Below are positions 1 through 11,183 of a DNA stretch of 52,540 bases, one piece after another. The translations under genes and the position numbers were made by a program. Source of the stretch: Octopus bimaculoides (taxonomy: Eukaryota). Where the stretch lies: the NCBI RefSeq assembly GCF_001194135.2, contig NC_068998.1:27199532-27252071 (forward strand), in the 5' to 3' direction. The notes under the pieces were generated by a model. The model was not told the origin of the DNA. It did not search any database and saw only the letters and a program-made list of their open reading frames with translations. Positions within the stretch are counted from its first letter, which is position 1. Every line of letters begins with the position of its first letter.

Positions 1-162
1 ATATTTACTTACGTGCGCACGTATGTGTGTGTGTGTGTGTGTGAGTGCGTGCACGCCCTTGGTTGTAGTAGTAATGGTACTATCGTGCAAGTAATGTTGT
101 TTGTTTCCAGTCCTTCATGAAAAATATGTCTGCAAGCATGGTAATCTAGGTATGAAATGATA

Positions 163-196
<34 letters not shown>

Positions 197-269
197 CTTA
201 CATTGGTTTCAGCCATTATCGGCCCAGGCCATGACTAACTCAATAGCACCACCTGGAAAAGTCTTTTAG

Positions 270-955
270 CTAATTATTTTGGGACACCATGGACCACCCA
301 AGCAGAGAGTTGTTGTTGGCTGAGACGTATCCAAGTGTAGATGATTTATCCGGTATTTCCTGGAGGGATTTGTCTAGGCATCATTTGAAAGTTTGTGGGG
401 TCTTTTTCTACTTTAATTTCTTTCAGGATAACATTGAAAAGAGCAGGACTATTTGCAGTGAAGAAATTATCATTTGGATAATACTGGTGGAATATTTTGC
501 ACATTGTGCAAATAATGTATTGCTCATGGCAGTGTTGCAGAAAATAGAGTTTCAGCTGTTTAAGTCGAGCCCAATAATCAAGTCCTGTCATGCCATTTAT
601 TTTTTTAGTGATTGATCTTTGTGGTGCTTTGATCCTCATTATGTCTGGTTTTTTTGTAGGGGAACCACAATGAGCAGCAGTATTCGAGATGGGGCCAGGC
701 AAATGCAGAAAAGAGAAGGATGATGGTTTCATAATCCCTAGATTGAAAAGTTCTGAGATCCATGAGCACATTCTTGGGCAACATTGACTTTTTTGTTGAT
801 GTGCACACTCCAGCTAAGGTTGCCGTCAACAATTACACTTAAGTCTCTGATATTATCCGAAGGTTCAAGGTCTCCGGACAGTAGTGTATATGGTTTGAGT
901 GTGCCCTCTTTTCCAAAGTGGATGAGCTCAAACTTTTCTTTGTTCAGCTGCATTT
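270..955 (-). mobile_element. CR1/L2-like LINE, degraded 3' part of ORF2 (RT C-terminus)
   Basis: Frameshifted minus-strand frames give MQLNKEKFELIHFG..IRDLSVIVDGNLSWSVHINKKV, WPHLEYCCSLWFPYKK, QRSITKKINGMTGLDYWARLKQLKLYFLQ and CLDKSLQEIPDK..GYVSANNNSLLGW, in the canonical order of CR1/L2 RT C-terminal motifs. Confidence 0.85.
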
Positions 956-996
956 GTTTTTTTTTTGTTTTTTTTTGTGCCCACTGGGTTACTGCA

Positions 997-1058
<62 letters not shown>

Positions 1059-1059
1059 A

Positions 1060-1290
1060 TCTATACTCATACGTGTGTGTTTTTGTTTCTTTGTCTTCAC
1101 ATCATGCACTGATTGTTAGTTAACAAAGCTCTACAATCTTCCATAAAACATTTGTGTTCAAAGGGCTAGAGGAAATATTCCCTTGCATGGAAACAGGTGG
1201 AAATTAGTATCAGGAAGAGAATCTGACTAGGGACAACAAATTTTGTCTGACCCAAGCAAGCACGGAAAATAGATGTTAGGAAGAGGAGAG
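1060..1290 (+). mobile_element. Degenerate SINE 3' module (family A2, RTE-like tail)
   Basis: Follows (TG)n; matches 13425-13665 and 31290-31540 (ttcttgtcttgacatc...ggaaatatt...ggaaacagg...caagcatggaaaa). Confidence 0.6.
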
Positions 1291-1479
1291 ATATAAGTAC
1301 ATGCCTACACTGACACAAACATATATATAATGGTTACTTTCTTACTGATACTACAGAAAAGGAAGAAACAGAGAAAAAGACAGTATGGGGCGTGTAGCAT
1401 AAATATTGAGTGAAATAGTAATATAGAGTGTGTGAGTGTAACATATGGTCACTTGCTAGCTGTGTGTGGTCTACACGTA

Positions 1480-1650
1480 TTTCTCTCATTGTCTGTGTAC
1501 CTGCATCTCATCTCATTCGCTGCCTACCCATATATATCCTATTTCATCAATTGTCTTATAACTCTTGTCTAAACAGCTGTCTACCTCTACTTTCTGTTTC
1601 AATAACTGTCTAACCTCCAGCACCTCTGTATATCTCTATAATAGCATTAC
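1480..1650 (-). repeat. Inverted block of the degenerate GAGACAGAGGTAGACAGTTAAT minisatellite
   Basis: Contains cagctgtctacctcta and taactgtcta, reverse complements of the units at 1715-2510. Confidence 0.6.
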
Positions 1651-1714
1651 TTATGTTAGCAAACAGAAACAGCAATTCAGTTCAAAAGTATGCCGTTCGT
1701 GACAAAGAATACAC

Positions 1715-2510
1715 TAGACTGTTAATGAGACGGATGCAAGTAGACAGTTAATGAGACAGGACTAGGTGACCGCTGATGAGATGAGAAAGACAGAGATATT
1801 GTAAACAGTTAAATGAGAAAGAGTTGAGCAGTTAACAATACAGACAACAGACAGCTGATGGGTCAGGAAATAGAGGTAGATAATGAAATAGGAGATATAG
1901 GTAGATATTTAACTGAGAAAAGAGAAAGAAGTGGGCAGTTGATGAGAGGAGATAAAAGTAGATAGTTAATGAAAGATGAGACAGAGGTAGACTTTTAATA
2001 TGAAAGATCTAGAGGTACACAATTAACAAGGTAGAAGATAGTAGATATAACGAGACTGGAAGCAGAGATAGAACAGTAAAGAGACAAAAGACAGGTAGTT
2101 AACGAGTGGAGAAAGAGATAGATGGTCAATGACAGACAAGGCAGGTAAATTGTTAATGAGTAAAATCTAGAGGTATACAATTAAGAAGAGAGAAAACAGA
2201 AGTAGACAGTCAATGAGACAGGAAGTGGAGATAGGCAGTTAATAAGACAGAAAAGAGAGAGGAATACTTAAGAGGTAATAAGACAAGAGACAGGGAGATA
2301 TTTAATGAGAAAAAGCAGACAGTTAATGAGACAAGAGACAGAGGTAGACAGCTAATGAGACCAAAGGAGACAGAGGCAGAATTAATGAGACAGCAAAAAA
2401 CAAAGATAGAAAGTTAATGAAACAGTATATAGAGGAAGTTAGCTAATGATACAAAAGTAGAGATAGACAGTTAATAAAACAGGGGTAGACAGCTAAAGAA
2501 ACAGACAACA
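1715..2510 (+). repeat. Degenerate ~22-bp purine-rich minisatellite (consensus approx. GAGACAGAGGTAGACAGTTAAT)
   Basis: Recurrent gacagttaatgagac / gaggtagacagctaat units, e.g. 1741, 2206, 2318, 2341, 2466. Confidence 0.8.
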
Positions 2511-2719
2511 GCTCTTTCATTTAAAAAAGGGGGGGGGAGTATTTTTAGCTGTGATAGCAGAAGATGGACTAACAGAATTTAGTGATTAGAATGTCAAAAC
2601 TAAGAATTAGGAAAAGATGAGCAAGAAGTGTCTGATACATTCTTTGTTGTTGAACAAGATCAACTCTGTTGGAAACTTATAATAAAAACTATTCAACCAT
2701 GACCAACTACCCTTATATG

Positions 2720-2893
2720 CAGACATGCTCTAAATTAAAACCTTTCACCAAACTTTTTCCTGATTTTATGCTTCAAACACCAACTTAATAATGATAAAGT
2801 TTATTTTACTAAATTCTTCATTATTTTCAAAATTAATTTAAACAAAAGCAGTGTATTTTAATAGAAATGTGGTAACTGATAACAAAGGGTTAA
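2720..2893 (+). mobile_element. piggyBac-like MITE, one terminal half
   Basis: Ends AAAGGG-TTAA (piggyBac-type terminus plus TTAA); an inverted copy of the same terminus is at 6316-6418. Confidence 0.6.
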
Positions 2894-3087
2894 AATTATT
2901 TTGATTATTATTTCTAGAAAAGTAAGAGATCACATACAGGCCACCTTATTAAATTATTTAGTTGTGATAGAATAGACAGACCTATGATTAAAGGCATTTC
3001 AGCCTTGACTGTCAAGTCTTTTAGTATGAAGAGTGATTTGAGGGTGAATTTGGTTGCTATTTCTAGAAATCAAATGACCACATAGAG

Positions 3088-3297
3088 CAGGGATCGGGGG
3101 AACTTTTTTAACCAATTACCCCAAAATATATTTATTTACACCAACATTATCCCCTTGATTCAAATGGAAGAAAATCAGAGATAACAGGGAACACATTTTT
3201 TTATATAATTTTATATATGTCTAATGAGTCTTCATTACCTCCAAGAATTTCATTTTTACCCCACTTGGGGTAACTTACCCCAGTTTTCCAACCCCTA
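3088..3297. mobile_element. hAT-like MITE with exact 8-bp TSD
   Basis: ACATAGAG at 3080-3087 and 3298-3305 flanks imperfect TIRs CAGGGATCGGGGGAA...TTTTCCAACCCCTA. Confidence 0.8.
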
Positions 3298-3445
3298 ACA
3301 TAGAGCTTCCTTAGGTGTTGTTGCTGTTCATGAAGCAGACCATAAAGTAAAGGATTCTAGCCATGACCATCACATCTTTTTAAATGTATATCAAGAACTG
3401 ATAATCCAATTTACTCTTTAAGATGGTGGTGGTGGTGGTGGTGCG

Positions 3446-3531
3446 NNNNNNNNNNNNNNNNNNNNNNNNNNNNNNNNNNNNNNNNNNNNNNNNNNNNNNN
3501 NNNNNNNNNNNNNNNNNNNNNNNNNNNNNNN
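3446..3531. other. Assembly gap (N run). Other large gaps: 4932-5299, 14732-14792, 20151-20951, 27906-28442, 35762-36550
   Basis: Runs of N; the long X-filled ORFs in the track are artefacts of these gaps. Confidence 0.99.
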
Positions 3532-4616
3532 GGGGGGGGGGGTAGAGATGGAGTTTCCATGGAGTGGGGTGTGCACAATGGGGTTAACAAGTAGTAACAA
3601 ATCAGGGCCAATATATTTATAAAATACATAACTGTATATAAAAGAAGGAAAAGAAAAAGGAACTGATAAAAAAGACAGTGTGGAGGATGGGGATATAAAT
3701 AGTTCCCAAGGGTGTATGTCATAGCAGAGTTCAGCTTTAAAACATCACTATTGTATTCTTTGAACCACATCTAGCTTTAATTCTCTGTCAAGTGAGATAT
3801 TATCCCTGGGGCTAAGAGAAAGCCTCAAGGGATTTTAACATAATCTTTTCATCACAGAAATGGAGGATTTTTTTGTGTCTTCAGCACATTCCACACACTA
3901 TGCTTAGTGTTCTCCATCTATAATTACAGGACATGTGAAGGAGTGAGGAGGTTGTATGTTTAAGGAAAGGAGGGAAAATGATGTGTATGCCTATGTATGT
4001 AAAATAAACACACCATGTTTTTATAAGAACCTATACAAAGCAATGTGTGTAAATAAGAAAGAGTGTTGACTTTAAAGACAAGATCCACTCCTATCTTTAG
4101 TATCCAAAAATTTCAATTAGTTGTCTTTATTGGTGTTATCTCACTTTTTGTACCTTTAGGGTCTAAACCCTCTGGGGGGAGATTTTGTCTACTAAATGTA
4201 TGGATAATTGCAGTAAATCGAAGTCTTTTATCTGACAATATCACTGATGTGAGACTTTACTGTGTGTGTGTCTAGTATGTAGAATTTTCCCTCAGGTATT
4301 TCCCTCAGTCAGTGTTGATAGGAAGATGAAGATGAAAACATGTGGAGGATAGCAGATAAAAATTTTAAAAAACCAAAAAACAGGAAGACATGGTTATTAA
4401 ATGAGATTGAATGTAGGAGAGAGAGTTGTGTGTGTAGTTGTGTGTATCTGTGTGTGAATGAAGTAGAAATGGATGAATAAAGGTATTATATTCTGTGAAG
4501 GGTAGGGTGTATATGAGTGGGATAATGAGGAACAAAATGTGTATGCCTATGTTCACATGTGAGAGACACAAAGTGATATATATATATCATCATCATCATC
4601 ATCATCNNNNNNNNNN

Positions 4617-4679
<63 letters not shown>

Positions 4680-4759
4680 ATGACAGAACAGGTAAAGGAG
4701 AGAGATTATGTGTGGGTGTGTAAAGTATAGGAAGTGCATATATACGTGATAGAAAATGC

Positions 4760-5606
4760 GGATCTAGTTCAAAACGGGGGCACCAGTATTTTCTTAACGA
4801 AACACTTTGAAACTTGGGACACTGGTAGAATGTGTCATATAAAACATCTTTTTCTCTTAGTCTTCTTAACAAAAAAAACGTACATCGCAAGTTATTTCAT
4901 GTTAAAGTTGTCGTATTTCTGTAATTTCAACNNNNNNNNNNNNNNNNNNNNNNNNNNNNNNNNNNNNNNNNNNNNNNNNNNNNNNNNNNNNNNNNNNNNN
5001 NNNNNNNNNNNNNNNNNNNNNNNNNNNNNNNNNNNNNNNNNNNNNNNNNNNNNNNNNNNNNNNNNNNNNNNNNNNNNNNNNNNNNNNNNNNNNNNNNNNN
5101 NNNNNNNNNNNNNNNNNNNNNNNNNNNNNNNNNNNNNNNNNNNNNNNNNNNNNNNNNNNNNNNNNNNNNNNNNNNNNNNNNNNNNNNNNNNNNNNNNNNN
5201 NNNNNNNNNNNNNNNNNNNNNNNNNNNNNNNNNNNNNNNNNNNNNNNNNNNNNNNNNNNNNNNNNNNNNNNNNNNNNNNNNNNNNNNNNNNNNNNNNNNA
5301 TGTACCGTGATTTGAGGAATATTTGGCTGCTATTTCTAGGACTAACCCTAACCCTTGGAGATTAAATACGCTTTACATCGCTTAAACTGCCAAAGGAGTA
5401 ACTGTAAACAGCTGAATACTTGTCAGTGATTGGTTGAAATTATCGAAATAAGACAATTTTTTACATGAAATAAATTTGAATACAAAAATTTTTTTCTGTT
5501 CTATAACACAAAATAGATAAGTATACGAAGTTTGAAAGTCTTTCGGAACCAAAAACACTACATAAAACATAAATGAAAACTGGTGCCCCCGTTTTGAACT
5601 AGATCC
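4760..5606. mobile_element. Non-autonomous DNA transposon with perfect 27-bp TIRs and 8-bp TSD (Merlin-like; interior partly in a gap)
   Basis: GGATCTAGTTCAAAACGGGGGCACCAG (4760-4786) is the exact reverse complement of 5580-5606; GAAAATGC is duplicated at 4752-4759 and 5607-5614. GG..CC termini with an 8-bp TSD fit Merlin; the superfamily is inferred. Confidence 0.8.
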
Positions 5607-6003
5607 GAAAATGCAACACAAAAAGTCAATGTGGCAGAGTGTGTGTATGTATGTGAAAAAAGGTGTTTTATCTGTGATACAGTAAGATAGAGTATGTGGG
5701 AGATGAGAGAGAAAGGATGGGTCTGTTTGTGATAAACTATGTAAGACAAAAAGATGGTGTAGGTGTGTATTGAAGAGGGGGGAGAGAGTGTATGTGTATA
5801 TGTGTGACTGTAACTTCTTTGATATAAAACTCAGCTTCCTAAAATTAAGGTTTACTTCTGCTTACGTAATATTGTGTAATACCATCAGAGCTATTGAGAC
5901 ACATTTGATTGCTACTTCTAGGTCATGTGACCACATAGAGGCTTATTTGTACAATACTGCTATTGGGGTAGGTGGGTGTATGTATGTATATGTAATTCTT
6001 TAG

Positions 6004-6220
6004 TGCCCTCAAGGGGCTACACATAGAGAGGACAAACAAGGACAGACAAAGGGACTAAGTCGATTGTATCAACCCCAGTGTGCAACTAGTACTTTAATTT
6101 ATCTACCCCAAAAGGATGAAAGGCAAAGTCGGCGGAATTTGAACTCAGAACGTAACGGCAGATGAAATACCGCTAAGCATTTTGCCCGGCGTGCTAACGT
6201 TTCTGCCAGCTCGCCGCCTT
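6004..6220 (-). mobile_element. tRNA-derived SINE family B
   Basis: Reverse strand reads aaggcggcgagctggcagaaacgttagcacgccgggc...gagttcaaattccgccgac (A- and B-box-like), then gcctttcatccttt. Confidence 0.85.
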
Positions 6221-6315
6221 AATGTATGCATGTATATGTGTAGATACATGTATGTGTAGGTGCATGTGTATACATGGAATTGAGAAGAATACTCTGTTGA
6301 TGTTAGTACCCTGCC

Positions 6316-6418
6316 AACCCTTTTGTTACCATCAATGTTTCTGTTGACATACACTGTCTTTGTTTCAATTAATTTTGAAAATAATGAAGAATTTAGTAAA
6401 ATAACTGTCATTATTATG
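6316..6418 (-). mobile_element. piggyBac-like MITE terminal fragment
   Basis: aacccttttgttaccat...aattaattttgaaaataatgaagaatttagtaaaataac is the reverse complement of the family at 2720-2893. Confidence 0.6.
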
Positions 6419-6420
6419 GC

Positions 6421-6583
6421 AGTACTCTGTTCGTTCTGAGTTCAAATTCTGCCGAGGTCAACTTTGCCTTTCATCTTTTCAGGGTTGATAAATTAAGTAC
6501 TAGTTGCATACTGAGGTCAATGTAACTGATGAGCCTCCACTCCCAACATTTCAGGCCTTGTGCATTTAGTAGAAAGGATTATT
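6421..6583 (+). mobile_element. SINE family B, 5'-truncated
   Basis: gagttcaaattctgccgaggtcaactttgcctttcatcttttcagggttgataaattaagtac...caggccttgtgc..gtagaaaggattatt. Confidence 0.8.
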
Positions 6584-7119
6584 AAGCTTGTTGTTATAAT
6601 GTGGATTCTCATCCACTTGTATGTTATTGTCGGCACTGTAATATTCTTGTCGCCACTATTATGTTGTGTGGAGGTATTCCACATCTTACTATCTTTGACT
6701 TGTCTATCATGCTATTGCTGATAGCTCCACAAGACAATGACTTTGAAACTGTCTGACTTGACAGTAACTCAAACTCATATATATCATGTAATTGGACTCC
6801 AACAGAGAACTCATACAATGACTCTACTACTACTACTACTCACTTCCTACAATGACTAACTGTCTGACTTTATAGAGGCCAACACATACCACTTTGTTAC
6901 GTGGGAAGGGGAGTACCATTTTCACTACAACATTAAATTTTGAAGGAAGGTTTTTAAGATCATTCTGAAGGAGGAAGTTTGTCTCATAAAACCAAAGACA
7001 TCTGAGATGGGTTGGTATCAAAGGGGCTAGACCATTAGAAACATGAATACAGCTGGAGAAAGTAGGCAATAGTCTGTAGTGGAGGTAGAGGTGGTCAAAG
7101 TAGATAAGAAATCTTCACC

Positions 7120-7123
7120 TCTT

Positions 7124-7215
<92 letters not shown>

Positions 7216-7218
7216 CCT
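7120..7218. repeat. (CT)n microsatellite
   Basis: Direct reading. Confidence 0.95.
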
Positions 7219-7288
7219 TCACATCCAATTTATTAAGATTTCTGAGAGAAAAAAAAGTGGATCAGATTATTTATTTTTATTTATTTTC

Positions 7289-7713
7289 ATGGCCGTGAGC
7301 TTAAGAAGCTCACTTTGAAACTTTGCAGTCTTGGGTTCAGTCCCACTGCACAACACCTACTACTATGACCCTAGGCTGACCAATGCCTTGTGAGTGAAAC
7401 TGGTAGATGGAAATTGTGAAAACTCATTGTTTATATGTGTGTGTAAGTATAAATATGTGTGTGTGTATGCATATATGTGTTAGTGTGCCTTGTCTGTCCT
7501 CTCACCATTTGACAACCAGTGTTAGTTTGTTTACATCCTCATAACTTAGCAGTTTGACAGAAGTGACCAGCAGAATATGTACCAGACTTTAAAAAGAAGT
7601 ACTGAGGTCAGCAAAACCCTTCAAGGTGGTGCCCCTAAACTCTTCAAGGTTCGACAAAATCCTTCAAGGTAGTGCCCTAGCATGGCCACATTCCTATGAT
7701 TGGAATACGTAAA
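7289..7713 (+). mobile_element. tRNA/CORE-like SINE family A, diverged
   Basis: gggttcagtcccactg head, internal (TG/TA)n, tail ggtgccc..gcatggcc. Confidence 0.75.
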
Positions 7714-7856
7714 GGGTTTTTAAAAATATATCAGAATTTTTCAATTATAACACCATTATTTCAAGTTGTCCATTAAGGACAGTCAGTGCTTCCGGCATTT
7801 CAAATGGTGAAAGTGACAAAAGAATGTTTAGAATTCAAAGACCTTCTGTGTTTTAC

Positions 7857-7928
7857 CTTGAGTATTGGGATAAGGATTGATTCTGCTTCCAATAGGTGAA
7901 TATCCAGCATATAATTAACACACATACA
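7857..7928 (-). CDS. Candidate internal exon, unidentified product (frame VCVLIICWIFTYWKQNQSLSQYS)
   Basis: tatatcAG acceptor and AAG/GTAAAA donor bound 72 nt. It sits at the end of a 117-aa open frame (7853-8206) that also holds a hydrophobic stretch. No homolog recognised. Confidence 0.25.
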
Positions 7929-8163
7929 CTGATATATTTTAAAGAATTATAACCACTGTTTCTGGTTCTTATCTCTTTAAAATCGTAAGTTTGCAGAACA
8001 TGCTGAAAATTCAAATTGCAAGAGGTTGGATGGGTATTTAATATAAGAACATCAACAACATTGATGAGGATGATGCTGATAATAAGAAGGAGTAGAGTGG
8101 CTTTTTTGTTTCTTTTTATGGGGATGGCATTTGAGTGAAGGAAACTGTTAAAGTTTATTTTAA

Positions 8164-8531
8164 ACTTGTTTTGAGTCATTAGACTATGCTGGAGCACCAC
8201 CTTCAATTATTTTGGTCAAACAAATTGATGCCAGTACTTGTTCGTTTTTTTTTAAGCCGGGTACTTATTCCAACAGCCTGTTTTGCTGAAATGCTAAGTT
8301 ACAAGGACATAAACACACCAACACTGGCTATCAAGCAGTGGTGGGGGACAAATACAAAGAGACACACACACACATATACAACGGGCTTCTTTCAGTTTCC
8401 GTCGACCAAATCCACTCACAACGCTTTGGTTGGCCCAAGGCTATAATAGAAGACATTTGCCCAAGGTGCCATGCAGTAGGAGTGAACCCAGAACCATGTG
8501 GTTGGGGAAGCAAGTTTCTTACAACAGTCAC
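8164..8531 (-). mobile_element. SINE family A
   Basis: Full module order on the minus strand: head, ccttgggcaaatgtcttc CORE-like block, microsatellite, ggtgctccagcat tail. Confidence 0.85.
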
Positions 8532-8546
8532 GATTGCGTCTATCCC

Positions 8547-8947
8547 TTTTACCCTTTTACTTGTTTCAGTCATTTGACTGCGACCATGCTGGAGCACCAC
8601 CTTTAGTCGAACAAATCGACCCCAGGACTTATTCTTTGTAAGCCTAGTACTTATTATATCGGTCTCTTCTGCCAAACCGCTAAGTTACAGGGATGTAAAC
8701 ACACCAGCATCAGTTGTTAAGCAATGTTGGAGGGACAAACACAGACACACAAACATATACACACACATACATATATATATACATATATACGATGGGCTTT
8801 TTTCAGTTTCCATCTACCAAATCCAGTGACAAGGTTTTAGTCGGCCCAAGGCTATAGTAAAAGACACTTGCCCAAGGTGCCACGCAGTGGGACTGAACCC
8901 AGAACCATGTGGTTCGTAAGCAAGCTACTTACCACACAGCCACTCCT
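8547..8947 (-). mobile_element. SINE family A, tandem with the preceding copy
   Basis: ttttacttgtttcagtcatttgactgcgaccatgctggagcacc...cttaccacacagccactcc. Confidence 0.9.
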
Positions 8948-9828
8948 ATAAATATAAAAATAAATAAATAAAAAGCTTTAAAATATGTTTCAATGCCTAT
9001 ACAAAAAAATATAATCTATGATGGATGAGAAAAAAGGTGGATTAATGCAGTAGGGATCTAATTTGATGGGTGGGTAATGAGGGGCAGGGGCGTTAGTGAC
9101 AGGTCATTGGACTGAAGAATGGCAGGTAGTGTACATGTACATGTATAAAAGAATTTGCATATGCGAGACAGTATGCATATGCTTGTGAGATGACTATATG
9201 TGTGAGTAGAGTGCATGAGAAAACGAACATCTGTAATAGTAGTTGCAGGTGTATTTGAGAGAATACACATTTCCATTATTTATTCATTATTATTTTTTTT
9301 TAATTTTACATGAGAAGAGAAGGGCCCACACCGTTTGGTACCTTTATAACTAGTATGAGGAAGGAAGTTACCCCCCAAACAGAAGACTGGCTTAAACGCT
9401 TCCAGCAGGGTGGATACCACTAAAGCCCAGATAAGCCAACCACTTCAGGTTTGAGAGGCAGAGACAGTGTGTTGTCGGTACTAAAGTATGTATTGTTTGG
9501 GGTTTCTTATTTTTTATTCTTGAGTGTGAGTATATGTTTATGCGTAATGGAGTACATGCATTCAGAGGACAAAGTACATACTTGCATATGTGTATGAGCA
9601 ACAAAGGTAGAAGATATGTTTGTGTGTGTGTATTTGGGGTGGGGGTGAGTAACTCAGCTATTGGTGTAACTGTGCATGTGTATATAGAAACATATTTGTA
9701 AGTATTGATATAACTTCACCTGTGTATGTAGCTATGTATACACACCTAGGGATAGAAGTGAGTGTCATCCTAAAAGCAGAGGAGATCATTTGCAGGAGCA
9801 ATAGCTTATAAAATATAAACAGTACCGC

Positions 9829-10040
9829 TTTTACTCTTTTAATTATTTCAGTCATTTAACTGTGGCCATGCTGGAGCACCGCCTTTAGGCGAGCAAATCG
9901 ACCCCAGGACTTATTCTTTGTAAGCCAAGTACTTATTCTATCGGTCTCTTTTGCCGAACCACTAAGTTACGGGGACGTAAACACTCCAGCATCATTTGTC
10001 AAGCGATGTTGCGGGGACAAACACAGACACACAAACATAT

Positions 10041-10071
<31 letters not shown>

Positions 10072-10244
10072 CATATATATACGACGGGCTTCTTTCAGTT
10101 TCTGTCTACCAAATCCACTCACAAAGCTTTGGTTGCCCCGAGGTTATTGTAAAAGACACTTGCCCAAGGTGCCACGCAGTGGGAATGAACCCGGAACCAT
10201 GTGGTTCGTAAGCAAGCTACTTACCACACAGCCACTCCTAAGCC
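9829..10244 (-). mobile_element. SINE family A, near consensus
   Basis: Highly similar to 8547-8947 and 44085-44481. Confidence 0.9.
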
Positions 10245-10333
10245 TGTTTACATATATTTCAAAATTTAATTCAAACATATAGGCATCGTATGAAAACTGA
10301 TAATATGTATTAAAGGAACCTTTGGGATGAGAG

Positions 10334-10371
<38 letters not shown>

Positions 10372-10591
10372 CCTTTCTACTACTACTATCAGCACAAGGC
10401 CTAAAGTTTGACAGAAGGGGAATAGTTGACTACATCAACCCCAGTACTCAACTGGTATTTATTTTAAAGACTCTGAAAGGATGAAACTCAAAGCCAACCT
10501 TAGCAGAATTTGAACTCAGAACACGAAGACAGACAAAATGCAGCTAAGTATTTTGCCCGGCATGCTAACAATTCTGCCAGCTCACCACCTT
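10334..10591 (-). mobile_element. SINE family B with (ATT)n tail (tract 10334-10370)
   Basis: (aat)n-cctttctac..cacaaggcc...gaatttgaactcagaac...ctgccagctcaccacctt. Confidence 0.85.
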
Positions 10592-10607
10592 AATAATAAT
10601 AATAATA

Positions 10608-10901
10608 ATAATTGACATGACAGTGCCAGGAGATCAACATATCATCATTAAAGAAAGAGAAGAGGTTGATAAATATGGAGACCTGAAAATTGAGGTTGCT
10701 AAGATGTGGCAGCTAGGAGAGTCAAACATAAAGGTTATCCCTATTGTCATCGGAGCATTGGGTTCAACACCACCCAATCTGAAAAAACATTGGAAAACTT
10801 TAGAAATACCCTACAATCTAGGTATATTGCAAAAGTCAGCATTACTTGGAATTGCACACATATTGCGTAAAGTACTGTCTGAGGTCCTTCTTGTGACTTG
10901 A
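10608..10901 (+). mobile_element. R4/Dong-like non-LTR retrotransposon, 5'-truncated restriction-like endonuclease C-terminus
   Basis: IIDMTVPGDQHIIIKEREEVDKYGDLKIEVAKMWQ..KVIPIVIGALG..LQKSALLGIAHILRKVL matches the RLE terminal motifs of R4/Dong elements. It starts directly at an (AAT)n tract (10592-10612). Confidence 0.8.
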
Positions 10902-10975
10902 CAAACAATACAACCCCCCTGTAGACACAATATCTTCAATCAACAACCTCACGATATTGTACACTGTGCGACATC

Positions 10976-11183
10976 TACTATAGGCACAAGGCCTGAAATT
11001 TTAAGGGAGGGGACTAGTCAATTACATCAACACCAGTGTTTCACAGGTACTTAATTTATCAACCCCAAAAGGATGAAACACAAAGTCGGCCTCAGCAGAA
11101 TTTGAACTCAGAACATGAAGATGGACAAAATGCTGTTACGCATTTTGCTCGGCAAGCTAACAATTCTGTCAGCTTGCCACCTT
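10976..11183 (-). mobile_element. SINE family B
   Basis: tactataggcacaaggcctgaaatt...gaatttgaactcagaac...cagcttgccacctt followed by aataataat. Confidence 0.85.

Noticed and set aside
5342-5356. CTAACCCTAACCCT telomere-like hexamers
   Set aside because: Only two units inside another repeat; not an interstitial telomere.
6624-7069. Minus-strand frames that might be a decayed LINE endonuclease
   Set aside because: No conserved APE catalytic motif could be read.
8164-10244. Regularly recurring similar blocks and recurrent small ORFs (MSSDV.., ..DGLLSVSVYQIHSQ..) suggesting an array or gene family
   Set aside because: They are dispersed SINE copies in both orientations, not CRISPR-like repeat-spacer units or paralogous genes.
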